Origin: the human T2T-CHM13v2.0 reference genome, Homo sapiens
Length of the DNA: 64,000 bases
Assembly: GCF_009914755.1 (NCBI RefSeq)
Contig: NC_060930.1
Direction: 5' to 3' (one strand)
A program made the translations under genes and the position numbers. Shown piece by piece: positions 31,288 to 46,790 of this stretch (positions are counted from its first letter, which is position 1; every line of letters begins with the position of its first letter). The notes beneath the pieces are model-generated. The model searched no databases and was not told the origin of the DNA. It was given only the letters and a program-made list of their open reading frames with translations.

Positions 31288-31828
31288 CTGGATAGGAAAC
31301 AGTATCAGTTATAGTAATTCTCAGTATGTTGAAGAGTTCAAGTTACTTGGAAATTCTCCTTTAAAGTCCAATCGCTTGAATGGGAGTGGGTAGGGATGGA
31401 GGAAGCACTTGGGTTTTACAACACTTGGAACTTCTATGGCTGCCTCTGGTTTAATAGCAAAGCAAAAACCACAGATTCACCTCTGCCCACAGTAAACACC
31501 AGGTGGGATTCCACTGGATGCTTTGCCCTAGAGAGATGCAGGGTGGAACATATTTTAGGTGATTCATTCCATAATACTGGCTAGGCCTTAGGGGTTGAGG
31601 ATGCAGAGATAGTCTCAGGCAGGTCAAGCCCACTAGGGGAGCAGCACCCTGCTCCATCTTGGTGTCCAGGAGTCACAATGCTGTGTGAAAACATTAAGTA
31701 GAGAGGTGTATACATGCTGCAGAGGTGCAAAGAAGAGATTGACTATCTTGGCCCAGGGAAGCAGGGCAAGACTCCCCAGGGAGGGTGGGTTTCAGGTTGG
31801 AAGTCATGTCCACCATGCTTATAAATAG

Positions 31829-33456
<1,628 letters not shown>

Positions 33457-34194
33457 GCACATGGAACTCAGACCAGTAAATGCAAACATTAGATAGGGTG
33501 CTTACTGTGGACTCATCACTGCTATCCGTGACTCACACACTTCAGTCTTCACAACAACCTTAGGATGTAGGTAGTTTTATTACACTTAGTTCACCAGGAA
33601 GAAATTTGAGGCAAAGTGAGATTGAATAACAATCAGTAAGCAGCAAAGCTGACAGGTTAATGACTGTTAAGTAAATGAATGAGTGAATGAATGCTTAGTG
33701 TACGTTATTCAAATTAGAAATGGTTCATGAATGGGGAAGCTTTAAAAAGAAAATCATCTTTATAATATCCAAAAAGAAAGTCATCTGTATAATCACGCTG
33801 TGTCTAGGCAGTTCTTAGGGTCTGCCTGGAGGTAGCAGAGTTTATTCCCTCTATTTCCTCAGGCCTGACCTATGGTAGGTGCAGAAATCTTGCAGCATCT
33901 CGGCTTTGTGACCTGCTTCCTTGCTTCTGGTTTCCTTCCCTTTGCTCCAGGTTAGACAATCTCTCCTCATTAGAAACATACTCCTTTGGATACAACCCAT
34001 TTCTTCCAGAATCTACTTTTAAATTATAAATAATATAAATACTAATTTCACACTGATGATCCATTATCATCCAGAACATTCTCCCATACAGCCACAGCCT
34101 TGGCCCAATCACCTTGAAGCTACAGTGAAGGTCCCATCCCAGTGAGTCCTCAGGAGACAGGTGGGAAGATTCCACAAGTTGTGATGGTGCCTAG

Positions 34195-34518
<324 letters not shown>

Positions 34519-36864
34519 TAAGCATTGCATCTCTTTACCCAACATGCACATTTGTTGAAATCTAGCTTAGGTCAGTCCTGGATTGTAGGTCACTGTCAGA
34601 GGAGTGGCTGGCACCATGTGAGAGCACCCCAGCTTTGGGTTGGGGCAAAGGAAAGTGTGGAAGGAGAGGATCCCCCTCAGTAGGTGATGCGACGAAACAA
34701 GGACAAGTCTCCCACAGTTTCCTGGGTAGGGCCCCACATCTCCACCAGTGATGGGGCATGCATGTGGGTGGATGGGGTGTGGGGCAGGAGGGGGTGGACT
34801 GTTAGGCTTTATCAATCCTGAAGGCAAAAAATGAATGGAATCACTGCTAATGTTCAGAGTAGCATTTTAACTGAGGGTGAGAGAGAATGCGGAAGCACTG
34901 CATATTTATCCCCACAGTAAAATGCGCTCACTGCGGCAGCGGATTGCTTTCCCCACGACAGTATTATCATTTTGACTACATTCCCTTGGGCTTGGATGCT
35001 AATGTCAGCTGGCCATTATTTCTCAGTACCATTTTGACATTTTATCCAGAAATTAATGGAATTTTTCTTGAGATGTCTGCCCTCTAACCTTGAAGAGATT
35101 CTGGTGATAAGAGAAGGAAAGCAGTTTAACTGACAAATAGCAATTTAGCAAAACTCAGGGGAGGTGGCTAACAGACAAGTTAGGAACAGACGAGAACAGA
35201 CTAGAAGGAAACCCCTCAAATGTAGGGGCTTGGCAGGGTGGCAACAAGAAAAATTTTAGGCTTAAATAGAGCACACACACACACCCACCTACACACACAC
35301 ATCTCCTGCTCCACACACACACCTAATGGGAAGGGCCAGGAAAACGCAGTCAGTGGGCACTCCAGGAATGAGGGCAAATTTCCAAGAAGAAATGACTATT
35401 CCAGGAATCCCACAGAAGTATTCACTGTGTCATCTTAAAAATGAGTTTATTTTAAAGGAAGTTTATCTGTCAAGTCTGTTTAAATGCCCAGGACTAGAGG
35501 AGCTAACTCTTTAAACATCCAGAACGAATTAGTTATTTTCGCTTTTCCCTCCCCTACTAAAAGCTTCTCTTACGTTGCTCTAAAGCAGATGACACAGATG
35601 TGGTTCGCATTCCTTCCAATCCCAGTGGAGAAACTGAGGGCTCAAGAGAGGAGCAAGGTGAACATGACCCCCTCTATATTTGTCAGGGGAGGAAGTTTCA
35701 GCCCATGGAGGAAAGAGGAGAAGGGCTGTCTTAGTTTAATGGGCTTACTAGTTCCCAAGAAATAAAATCAATGCTGTGCAGAGATGGAAACAGAAACTGT
35801 CATGCAGGCCAGGTTCAGGGCAGACTGGCTGGGAAAGATAACTCATCATCTATCCAGACGTTCTTGGTCTCAGGAGAGAGTGGTTAAGGGAACACGGCTC
35901 TGCACGCCACCCCTGCCTCCAAATCCCAGTAGAGGGCAAGCCCCAGGCCTAGTCCACTCTGGGGAACCTGCAGTCACCAGGCAGGGAAGAAGTATGTCGC
36001 GCCTTTGCAGACACCACAGACCTCATTTTACAAAGAATGGGATTAGACTGTGAGGTCTGTTGTAGGGGAGGAACATGGGAAGGGTCGGCACATTTAAATG
36101 ATATACCCCGCCCCACCCCCTCCACCTCGAAGCCTGGGAGCTCCATAGATGACAAATCAGAGTCCTAGGCTGGGAGGCCTCATTCCTCTGGAGGACCCTG
36201 GGATCGTAAGGCCCAGTGCCGTTCCCTAAACAGCCTCAGTTTTGAGCCTTCATCTTCCTCGTGGAGTAAAGAACTGGCTAGGGTTTACTGGAAGTTAATG
36301 TGTATGTCTGTGCTTCTAAGAAAGGTGTTCCGAAGCGGGAGAGAGGGACGGACTCTTACCCACCGGGCATTCTGTGGATACAGGAGAGCCCAGCAGTGCC
36401 TCTCTATGGGCTGAAAGGCAGCAAGGAGACCAACTAGAAAGACAGTGAGTCTGTCTCCCCCACCCAGCACTCCTGCCCTGGCTGTGGGGTGACATAGCAA
36501 AAAGACCTCACATTAAGGGGACTTCTCACAGGAGGGCTGCTGGGGTCTCCTGCCTGCTGCCTTCAAACAGTGCCAGCCTGTGCCTGTGCGGAGCTACAGC
36601 CCAGAACAAAACCAGGAGCGCATCCTGAATGCGGCCAATAAACTATTAGCAGAAAAAGAACAAGGAGCAAACGTGTGAACCTTGATATGCTAGGAAGAGG
36701 CCATATTGTATTAGCTTTCCAGTAGCAGTCCCAAAGGCAGGAAAAACTGAAGGATGTATATTTAGATCTCTTGAAATCGGGCTACTTCTACTAGGTATTC
36801 TATAGCCAAGCAAACTGTAGGTGTACCTAGCAATATTCTTATTGTCATCAAGATTAACTTGTGA

Positions 36865-37195
<331 letters not shown>

Positions 37196-37515
37196 CCCAA
37201 CTTAAGATTTTAATTGACTCTCTGGAGCAGGCAGGTGTCTTTGATTTGATGGGGCTGTTTAAGTCTGCGTCACTATTGTGCTGCCAGTCGCCCACCCTGG
37301 GGAGTGGAACTTGCCTGCAGTAGCACCGTTCTGGTGTTGAAGACAGGAAGCAGGGTGAGGGAACCCTGTGGGTGGAGGGGATTTCCCAGACAAGGATCAG
37401 AAAGACAAAGCCCACGATGTCACTGGAATCGATTGTGCTGCTGAGTGGAAGATTTCTATAAACTATAGGTTTGCTCCAACTCTGTGCCTGCCCCCCAACC
37501 CCAACACCTAATTAC

Positions 37516-37665
37516 CTGCTTTATCCAGGAGTTTGCACAACATCCACGCAGTCACTGAAGTCAGCTCACTGGGCTTGGCTATCACAGTGTTCCCTGCAGC
37601 CATCGCTGGAGCTATCTTCCAGGTCAGCAAGTAGAGTGGCAAATTCCAGGGGCTGATCAGACCAG
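37516..37665 (-). CDS. ALDH8A1: ALDH8A1 exon 4
   Basis: AGLISPWNLPLYLLTWKIAPAMAAGNTVIAKPSE, carrying the ALDH PWN and KPSE motifs; acceptor cccttag, donor gtaat; 150 nt. Confidence 0.97.
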
Positions 37666-37960
37666 CTAAGGGATGAGAGCAGAAGCACTGCCTGTGACGG
37701 CATACCCCTCTGAGGTGGACTGGCCAAGTGGGGTTATTAACGCAAAACTCCTTCATGCTGCAGAAAACTTAGCTTACTCTTCTAACTTCTTCCCAAGCTT
37801 TGCTTATTTGTAGCCACTTTCAGGGAAATAATTCTAAAATATATTCCAAGCAACTGTATCTTTTAAAACAGAGTAAAGTCAATATGATTTCCCCATTTCT
37901 TGGCAGTTCATGATTATGAACAACAGCAATATAAACTCCAGAGCTAAAGAGTTGTCACCT

Positions 37961-38498
37961 ATCATATACCCAAAGAAATATAAATCATTCTATTATAAAG
38001 ATACATGCACGCGTATGTTCATTGCAGCACTTTGCTATTCACAATAGCAATAGCAAAGACATGGAATCAACTCAAATGCTCATCAATAATGGATTGGATA
38101 AGAATATGTGGTACATATACACAATGGAATACAATGCAGCCATAAAAAGGAACGAGATCATGTCCTTTGCAGGCACATGGATGAAGGTGGAAGCCATTAT
38201 CCTTAGCAAAGTAACACAGAAACAGAAAACCAAACACCTGCATGTTCTCACTTATAAGTGGGAGCTGAACAATGAGAACACATGGACACAGGGAAAGGAA
38301 CAACACACAGCAGGCCCTGTCAGGGGAGAGTCGGGGGGAAGAGCATTAGGATAAAGAGCAAATGCATGCTGGGCTTAATAGCTAGGTGATGGGTTGATAG
38401 GTGCAGCAAACCACCATGGCACACGTTTACCTATGTAACAAACCTGCACGTCCTGCACGTGTACCCTGGAACTTCAAAAAAAAATAAAAAATAAAAAA
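37961..38498 (+). mobile_element. L1PA (old primate) 3' end, 5'-truncated
   Basis: ORF2 tail YTMEYNAAIKRNEIMSFAGTWM; A tail; TSD agttgtcacct. Confidence 0.9.
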
Positions 38499-39448
38499 AC
38501 AGTTGTCACCTGTCACTAAACAGTTCCAGAATGTGACGCATTTTGAGATTTATAGACTGAGCTTTACTTTTTCAAAAATGTCTCCTTCCCCATTATTTTA
38601 ACGGTCTGGCTGTTATTTCTTCTAACATGTTTCTTTACCTTTACTTCAAATCTGTCATGGGTTGAGACATAAAATCTCAAGCTTTATATAATTATTCATA
38701 AAATAGGGGCCAATGAGTTCTGAGTGTTCCATGTGAGGGCCCTCCTATCAGTAAAGCCAATAACCTTTGGTGCATGGACTGTGACATCCATTTTGGCTAT
38801 TTAGAATATTTTTAAATAAAAATTCTCTCTAGATTGTCACTTGTATCCTGACCAGATAGATTTGCTGGATGAGTAACGTAACCAGCAGCTAGAATGTGTC
38901 TCCATGCAATATTCTGAACCTATCCAGGTTTCCAATCACAAAACAAACAAATATAAAAATCTACCTTCTGAAAGGAAATTGATTCACCTTATTTTATACT
39001 CTTCCCTCAAGCCTGTGCTATGAAAGTAAATGCATCTTTTATATTATTAAATTTCCCACTGAAAAATCCATTCTTTAGGGGATAAAAATATTTTTGCAGC
39101 AAAATATATTAGCACACTTCCTAGGAGGAGGTAGAGCTTTCCACAATGCCTTGAAAACATAATTTCTGAAGGTTTCAAGTAACCAAAGCAATGAGATGTC
39201 CCAATTGTTTTCCTTTTAGCTTATATTCATAAAATGTAATAAGCTAAAAAGATGATTTTTTTCTCCGAGGAAACAGTGACATCTGGTGGAAGGTTTTAGT
39301 CATCACAGACATTTATTTATACGTTCTTCCAAAGGTCAAGAGGCAAAGGAATGCATGAAGTAAGATAATTCTCAGTAGAGGCTTATTTATCACACACCTG
39401 GCACCATACTACATGCCCTACACTTATTAATTTATTTAATGTACATAA

Positions 39449-40073
<625 letters not shown>

Positions 40074-40187
40074 GATTTTTCCTTTTTTAAATATAAGTAG
40101 AAAAAAAAATCCTGGCATGTGAATTTACATATTTACTCTTAGCATCATTCTTTTCCCTATGATTTTCCAGATAAGTCATGAACATGA

Positions 40188-40478
40188 GGCCTGGCGTGGT
40201 GGCTCACGCCTGTAATCCCAGCACTTGGGGAGGCCGAGGCGGGAGGATAACTTGAGGTCAGGAGTTTGAGATCAGCCTGGCCAACATGGGTGAAACCCTG
40301 TTTCTACTAAAAACACAAAAATTAGCCGGTGTGGTAGCTCGCACCTGTGGTCCCAGGTACTCAGGAGGCTGAGACTAGAGAATCACTAGAATCCGGGAAG
40401 CAGAGGTTGCAGTGAGCCGAGATCATGCCACTGCACTCCAGCCTGGGCGACAGAGCAAGACGCTGTCTAAAAAGAAAA
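40188..40478 (+). mobile_element. AluS
   Basis: Full-length sense Alu. Confidence 0.9.
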
Positions 40479-40658
40479 GCAGGGAATTTGACACAAAGAA
40501 AATAAACTAGAAATAGATCTTTGAGGCCAATGGATTTTAGAAAAGAAAAATATCAGCTCTTCCTTTTCTTTAACCTGTTCCTTGAGGACAATGCCATAGA
40601 ATGTTGTGAGCATCTGCAAGCATAACCGGGAGGTGGGCTCTCACTGAACAGCACTCAC

Positions 40659-40814
40659 CGACTCCCACCGGGGCCCGCACCGTGTAGTGCATGCAGCCCA
40701 GGTGGTCCATCTGCGTGCACTCTGACGTGTGGTGCAGGCTGGAGGAAGCGAAGAACCTGAAGTTCTGCACAGACCGGGGAATGTCCATGGTTCTTGCCAG
40801 TGCTAAGGTTTTCC
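40659..40814 (-). CDS. ALDH8A1: ALDH8A1 exon 3
   Basis: GKTLALARTMDIPRSVQNFRFF...RAPVGV within ORF 40570..40869; acceptor ttacag, donor gtgag; 156 nt; contains Arg109. Confidence 0.97.
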
Positions 40815-41724
40815 CTGTAAGAAGCAAACAACATAAAGCACTATCAGCTAATGGGGACACTCTATCCATCAGCTTCCACTGCCCACGCGTCCCAACTCAC
40901 ACTGAAACAGCCTGGATTCCTTCTAGCCCGGGGCAGGCATTCCTTGACCTCACAAAGACTTGATCATGGTTTGATAAAACCATACAATATTTAGGTATAA
41001 GGTTGGAAACTGAGGTGGGGGGTTAAAATTGAGTCAATAATCTTTGTTCTGTGAACTGAACACATCATTCTCATCACCAGTTTGCCAGATGCTACCACTT
41101 CACCCACACAAACTCTTGCAATTCAAAATCACCAGGCTTTGTACCTGCGACAAAGGCATTGAAATACGGGTGTTAGGACAGTTGTAATTGCACAGCACAA
41201 AACGAAACACTTTTATACACATGTAATGTGTATTTCATGACCTCCCCACACATGGTAGAGTCATCAGAAGAGCGGCTGGGAATGCCCTGGCACGGGATGC
41301 TGTGTGGCACCTGCTTGCCCATCACATGCCCTGCACGTCCTAGCTCCTGGATGGAACAGAAAGAGAAACAGAAGCTTACCTAGACTGCTACTGAGTTCTC
41401 TTTAGCGATGCAGGGAGCCTGGCCAGGAACACCAGCAGAGAACTATTTTCTTTTTAAGGGCTTGGACTCAGGCTGCTTTCTGATTTTTGATTGGTTTATG
41501 GCACACATGTAATTTTTAAAACTCTTGGCTTATCTTAACAGATATTCTTGCAAAAATTTACAAATATTTACTCCATTACTCTGACCTCTGGGAAAGAGTG
41601 GGAAAAAAAAATGAGATGTGTCGGGAGTGGAATGGTGACTGACATATCAGAAAACATCCTAAATAATCTGACTGCATAACTGCTTTTCAAATTATCTTTG
41701 CTTTGAAATTCTCTGCTTAGAATG

Positions 41725-41960
41725 AGTAGGAGACTGCATGATCAGCCCTAGTTCTTCATCTCTCCCTATATCCATGCCCTTTGCTGTATATATTTGCACT
41801 TCCTTTCATCCAATGAACAGAGTATATTTCTTTGCCCCTCAGCTTTTGGATCCAGCCATGTGACTTTCTCTGGCCATCTGAATGAGACAGGGCTGGGCCA
41901 GCCACAAGTCCTGGCCTTCCCAGGCCTGGAGCAGGGGAGGGTTTGCTCTCCACTTCTACT
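41725..41960 (+). mobile_element. MLT1-type MaLR LTR fragment
   Basis: ccatgccctttgc...agagtatatttc...gccatgtgactttctctggcca. Confidence 0.55.
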
Positions 41961-42068
41961 ATTGCCAGAGGAGCAGGCACATGGGCTGGCCTGATGGCCC
42001 CAAGAGGGATAACATGAATAATCAGAGATGCCCTGAGTCCCATGTTACAGTTAAGAGGCAACTCTCAC

Positions 42069-42216
42069 CTTGGTCTTTAGACTCGGCCTGGGCAAACTCC
42101 TCCAGGGACTGCTCCAGCAAATCCGCCACCTGGTTCAGGACCCGTGAGCGCTCCTGGGGGCTGCGGGATGACCAGCTGGGAAAGGCTTCTCTGGCGGCCT
42201 TGACCGCGGCTTCGAT
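42069..42216 (-). CDS. ALDH8A1: ALDH8A1 exon 2
   Basis: IEAAVKAAREAFPSWS...AESKDQ(G) within ORF 42022..42303; acceptor ctcaaag|ATC, donor G|gtgag; 148 nt. Confidence 0.97.
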
Positions 42217-42309
42217 CTTTGAGGAGCAAATGGGAGAAAGGGTCACCTTAAAGCTGTTAGTCCTTGGGGGATGGACAAAACCAGAATCCTCAGGTCTCCA
42301 CACACCTCA

Positions 42310-42618
42310 TTTTTGTTTTGTTTTGTTTTGTTTTTTAGATGGATTCTCACTCTGTAGCCCAGCCTGGAGGGCAGTGGCGCAATTTTGGCTCACTGCAACC
42401 TCTGCCTCCGGGGTTCAAGTGATTCTCCCACCTCAGCCTCCTGAGCAGCTGGGATTACAGGCATGTGCCACCATGCCCAGCTAATTTTTGTATTTTTTAG
42501 TAGAAAGGGGGTTTCACCATGCTGACCAGGCCGGTCTTGAGTTCCTGAATACAAGTGAACCACTCGCCTCGGCCTCCCAAAGTGCTGGGATTACAGGTGT
42601 GAGCCACTGCACCTGGCC
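42310..42618 (-). mobile_element. AluS
   Basis: Antisense Alu with a (TTTTG)n tail. Confidence 0.9.
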
Positions 42619-42851
42619 CACCCTAATTTTGAATATTCAACATGTCCCAGTGCTGAGCCACCCACAAAGTAGATGACACAGGTGTTTACATGACCAGCAA
42701 AGGAGGGGTACCATAGAAACAAAGAAACGCGCTCCATTTCAACCAATGCATCCTGAATGTAGTAATCAGATCATTAGAAAGAAGCTATTTGAATTTTAAC
42801 ATATGTACATTTTCAATCACTTCAGAAACTAGAATTTTTAAAAATATTGTG

Positions 42852-43146
42852 GGCCAGGAGTGGTGGCTCATGCCTGTAATCTTAGCACTTAGGGAGGCTG
42901 GGTTGGGAGGATCGCTTGAGCCCAGGAGTTTGAGACCAGCCTGGTCAACATAGTGAGACCCTGTCTCTACACAAAGGTTTTTTAAAAAATTAGTTGGGCG
43001 TTGTGGTGCATGCCTGTAGTCCCAGCTACTCAGGAGGCTAAGGTGGGAGGATTACTTGAGCCCAGGAGGTAGAAGCTGTAGTGAGCTGTAATTGTGCCAC
43101 TGCACTCCAGCCTAGGTGACAGAGTAAGACCCTGTCTCAAAAAAAT
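42852..43146 (+). mobile_element. AluJ
   Basis: ggatcgcttgagcccaggag J-type diagnostics. Confidence 0.88.
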
Positions 43147-44070
43147 GTATATGTTATACATATATACTATATATATATAGTATATATAGTATGTATATAT
43201 TATATATACAGTAGAAGAAGAAAATTAATCTAGATATGTGGAATCTCTAAAGCTTCTAACTCAGCTCTGACATATCTTATAAAGTCTGAAATTTTGGGTG
43301 AAATCACATCCTCAGATTGTCATTTTCACTTGAAATGACTAATTATATTTATAATTTATTGACTAATTTTTATATAAGGGAATATGCTAAATACTTTACA
43401 CAAATTATTTTTATTTAAGTCCTTTCAAAATTCTATAACATGAGTATTGCTATGCCCATTTTACAGATGAGAAAACTGAGACATAGAAACTCAAGCAATT
43501 TGCCATAGGTCACACAGCTAATAAGTGGCAGAATCAGGACTCAAACCCAGATTTTGGTGGTTCCCAGGACCACAGGTTGCTCTGCCTGCTGCCTGATTCT
43601 GCCCAGTGGAAGAGGCTTTATTGGAGAAGAGGAGATTTGTGGCTGGACAGATGGCTTGGGTACCTGCTTTTAGAGTTACATACAAAAGGAAACAATATAT
43701 GTATGGGAAGGTATGGGCAGGGTCAACTCATGGCCAAAATGTTATGTAGACAAAATAATTTTCAAGTCCTCTTCTGCCTTTCTCTTCTCTCCGGCAATGT
43801 CTAAGTAATGCCTTCTCCAGAGATGACAAATCCCTAACCCATGTCTCACTCCTCTCCTTTCTCACATGCATGAAAAATTATTATAATCACAGCTGTCTTC
43901 CACCACCGGGCCCTGGCTCAGACTCAGAATCCTTTTCCATAGGCTTCTGGCAGCCGTGAGCATCTTTTTTGGGGCGCTTGACCCGAAGTAATCTAGCCGC
44001 CTGAGCCTGTGCTAGCCCTCATGCAAAACCTGACCCACACCCCTCCTTCATTTCCCTCATGCAAAGTGAC

Positions 44071-44403
44071 TGATATGGCTAGGTTTTGTGTCTCAACCCA
44101 AATCTCATCTTGAATTGTAATCCCCCTGTGTTGAGGGAGGAAAGTGATTGGTTTGTGGGGGCTATTTTCATGATAGTGAGTGAATTCTCGTGAGATCTAA
44201 TGGTTTTATAAATGGTAGTTTTTCTTGGCCTTCACACGCTGTCTCGCCTGCCGCCAGACATGCCTGCTTCCTCTTCAGCCATGATTGTAAGTTTCCTGAG
44301 GCCTCCCCAGCCATGCAGGACTGAGTCAATTAAACCTCTTTCCTTAATAAATTACCCAGTCTCAGGTATTATCTTTATAGCAGTGTTAGAACGAACTAAT
44401 ACA
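44071..44403 (+). mobile_element. MST/THE1-type MaLR solo LTR
   Basis: tgatatggc...aaatctcatcttgaattgtaatcccc...gaactaataca; near 5-bp TSD gtgac/gtcac. Confidence 0.85.
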
Positions 44404-45008
44404 GTCACTTTTAGCTGAGCTGAAGTAAGGTATAAAATGATTCTCATCTTAATTAGAAATTTCTAGAAATATGGTGGCTTCACCTCAAAAACTAAATCTT
44501 GAATGTGGACCTGCAGACAGGATAGGGGAAGAGATGGCTTTGGTGACCTCCACCACCAGCTGCAGCCATGAGGAAGCCCCACTGCCAGCCAGCAAGAGGA
44601 GCATGAATTCCTACAGTCAATGTAAAAATCTGGTCTTTTTGCTATTCAGAAAATTCAAGTCCACTCATATTTTCTAAGTTGCCTTATAGCACAACTTATG
44701 TCCATGTAATATAGAATACATATTAATGTACTACATACAATAATATTAGCATAAGTTAATACATAGAAAGCATTTACTATATGCCAAGCACTAAGGGCTT
44801 TAAGCATATTAGTCAGTTTAATCCTCAGAATAACACTATAAAGTAGATATCATTATTATCCTCATTTTATAGATGAGGAGACTGAGGCATGCAAAAGTTC
44901 AGCTCTAAGTCAAAGCCATAGATACCAAGTGGTGCAGCTTGTATTTGAACCAGGCAGTCTGACTCTAGTATGTGCTTATAACTGCAATGCTATAATGCAA
45001 ATGTGCTA

Positions 45009-45078
45009 TGCACACAGGTGCGCATGTGTGCGCGCGCGCACAGGTGCGCATGTGTGCGTGCACGCACAGGTGCACATG
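45009..45078. repeat. 26-bp purine/pyrimidine-alternating tandem repeat (about 2.6 copies)
   Basis: cacaggtg at 45013, 45039 and 45065. Confidence 0.85.
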
Positions 45079-45199
45079 CCCATGGATCTAAGCATCAGAG
45101 ATGAGAGTGTTAGTACTGTCCTCTGTAAAATAAGGATCATAATAGAGACTTCTAAGTTGTTACAACTCGCTTCTTTGGATAATCTATATTAAAGGGCTT

Positions 45200-46790
45200 A
45201 CTGATTGCACACTACCAGACTTTAAAATATACTACAAAGCTATAGTAACCAAAGTAGCATGGCACTGGTGTAAAAACAGACACATAGACCAGTGAAACAG
45301 AATAGAGAATCCAGAAATAAATCCATGCATTTACAGCCAACTCGTTTTTTACAAAGCTGCCAAAAATATGCATTGGTGAAAACATAGTCTCTCCAATAAA
45401 TGGTGCTGGGAAAACTGGATAACCATATGCAGAAGAATGAAACTAGACCCCTATCTCTCACCAAAACAAATCAAAACAGATTAAAGACTTAGATAGATGT
45501 AAGACCCAAAACTATGAAACTACTATAAGAAAACATAGGGTAAATACTTCATGACACTGATTTGGGCAAAGATTTTTTTGGGCAAGACCTCAAAAGCACA
45601 GGCAACAAAAGAAAATAAATAAACAAAATAAAATAATATCAAGCTAAAAAGCTTCTGCACAACAGAAGAAACAGCAGAGTTAAGAGGCAACCTACAGAAT
45701 GGGAGAAAATATTTGCAAACTATCCATCTGACAAGGGATTAATAACCAGAATATATAAGGAGCTTGAGCTTGTATATATACATATACAACTCAATAGCCA
45801 CCGCCCAAAAAATCCAATTTAAAAACGGGCAAATGATCTAAAGAGATATTCCACAAAAAGAAGATGTACAAATGGCCAACAGGTATATAAAAAATGCTTA
45901 ACATCACTAATTATTAGGGAAATGCAAGTCAAAACCACAACGAGTTATTATCTCATCCCAGTTAAAATGGTCATTATCAAAAAATAAGAAATAAAAAAGG
46001 CTGGTGAAGCTGCAAAAAAAAAGGGAAGACAAATACAGTGTTGGTGGGAAAGTAAATTAGTGCAGCCATTATGGAAAACGCATGTAGGTTTCTCAAAAAA
46101 AAAAAAATAAAAATAGAACAACAGTATGATCCAGCAATCCCACTACTGGAAATTTATCCAAAGAAAAGGAAATCAGTATACTGAAGAGATACCTGTACCC
46201 CCATATTTGTTGAAGCACTATTTACAATAGTCAAGATATGGACTCAACCTAATGTCCATCAACAGCTGAATGGATAAAGAAAATATGGTATATATACACA
46301 ATGGAATATTATTCAGCCATAAAAAGGAACAAAATCCTGTCATTTGCACCAACACGATTTGAGCTGGAGGATATTACGTTAAGTGAAGTAAGCAAGGCAC
46401 AAAAATACAAATATTACATGTTCTCACTCATATGTGGAAGCTTAAAAAAGTTGATCTCATGGAGGTAGAGAGTACAATTATGGTTACCAGAGGCTGGGAA
46501 GGGTAGAGGAGAGGATAGAGGTTGGCTAATTAATACAAAAATATGGTTAAAAGGAATAAGTTCTAGTAGAGTGACAATAGTTAACAATAATTTATTGTAT
46601 ATTTCACAATAGTTAGAAGAAAAGATTTGGAATGTTCCCAACACCAAGAAATGATAAATGTTTAATGTGATGGAGATCCTAATTACCCTGATTTGATCAT
46701 GACACATTGTATGCATGTATCAAAATGTCACATATGCCCATAAAGATGTACAATTATTATGTATCAATTTTTTAATTTTTTGTTAAAAAA
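45200..46790 (+). mobile_element. L1MA-type 3' fragment (about 1.6 kb)
   Basis: ORF2 remnant (tactacaaagctatagtaaccaaa, aataaatggtgctgggaaaactgg) and an L1MA-type 3' UTR. Confidence 0.88.

Noticed and set aside
38022-38354. L1 ORF2-like peptide (also at 11842-12261)
   Set aside because: Truncated, frameshifted L1 3' ends; not active elements.
41882-42484. 200-aa plus-strand ORF
   Set aside because: Composite of MLT1 remnant, exon 2 antisense and Alu.
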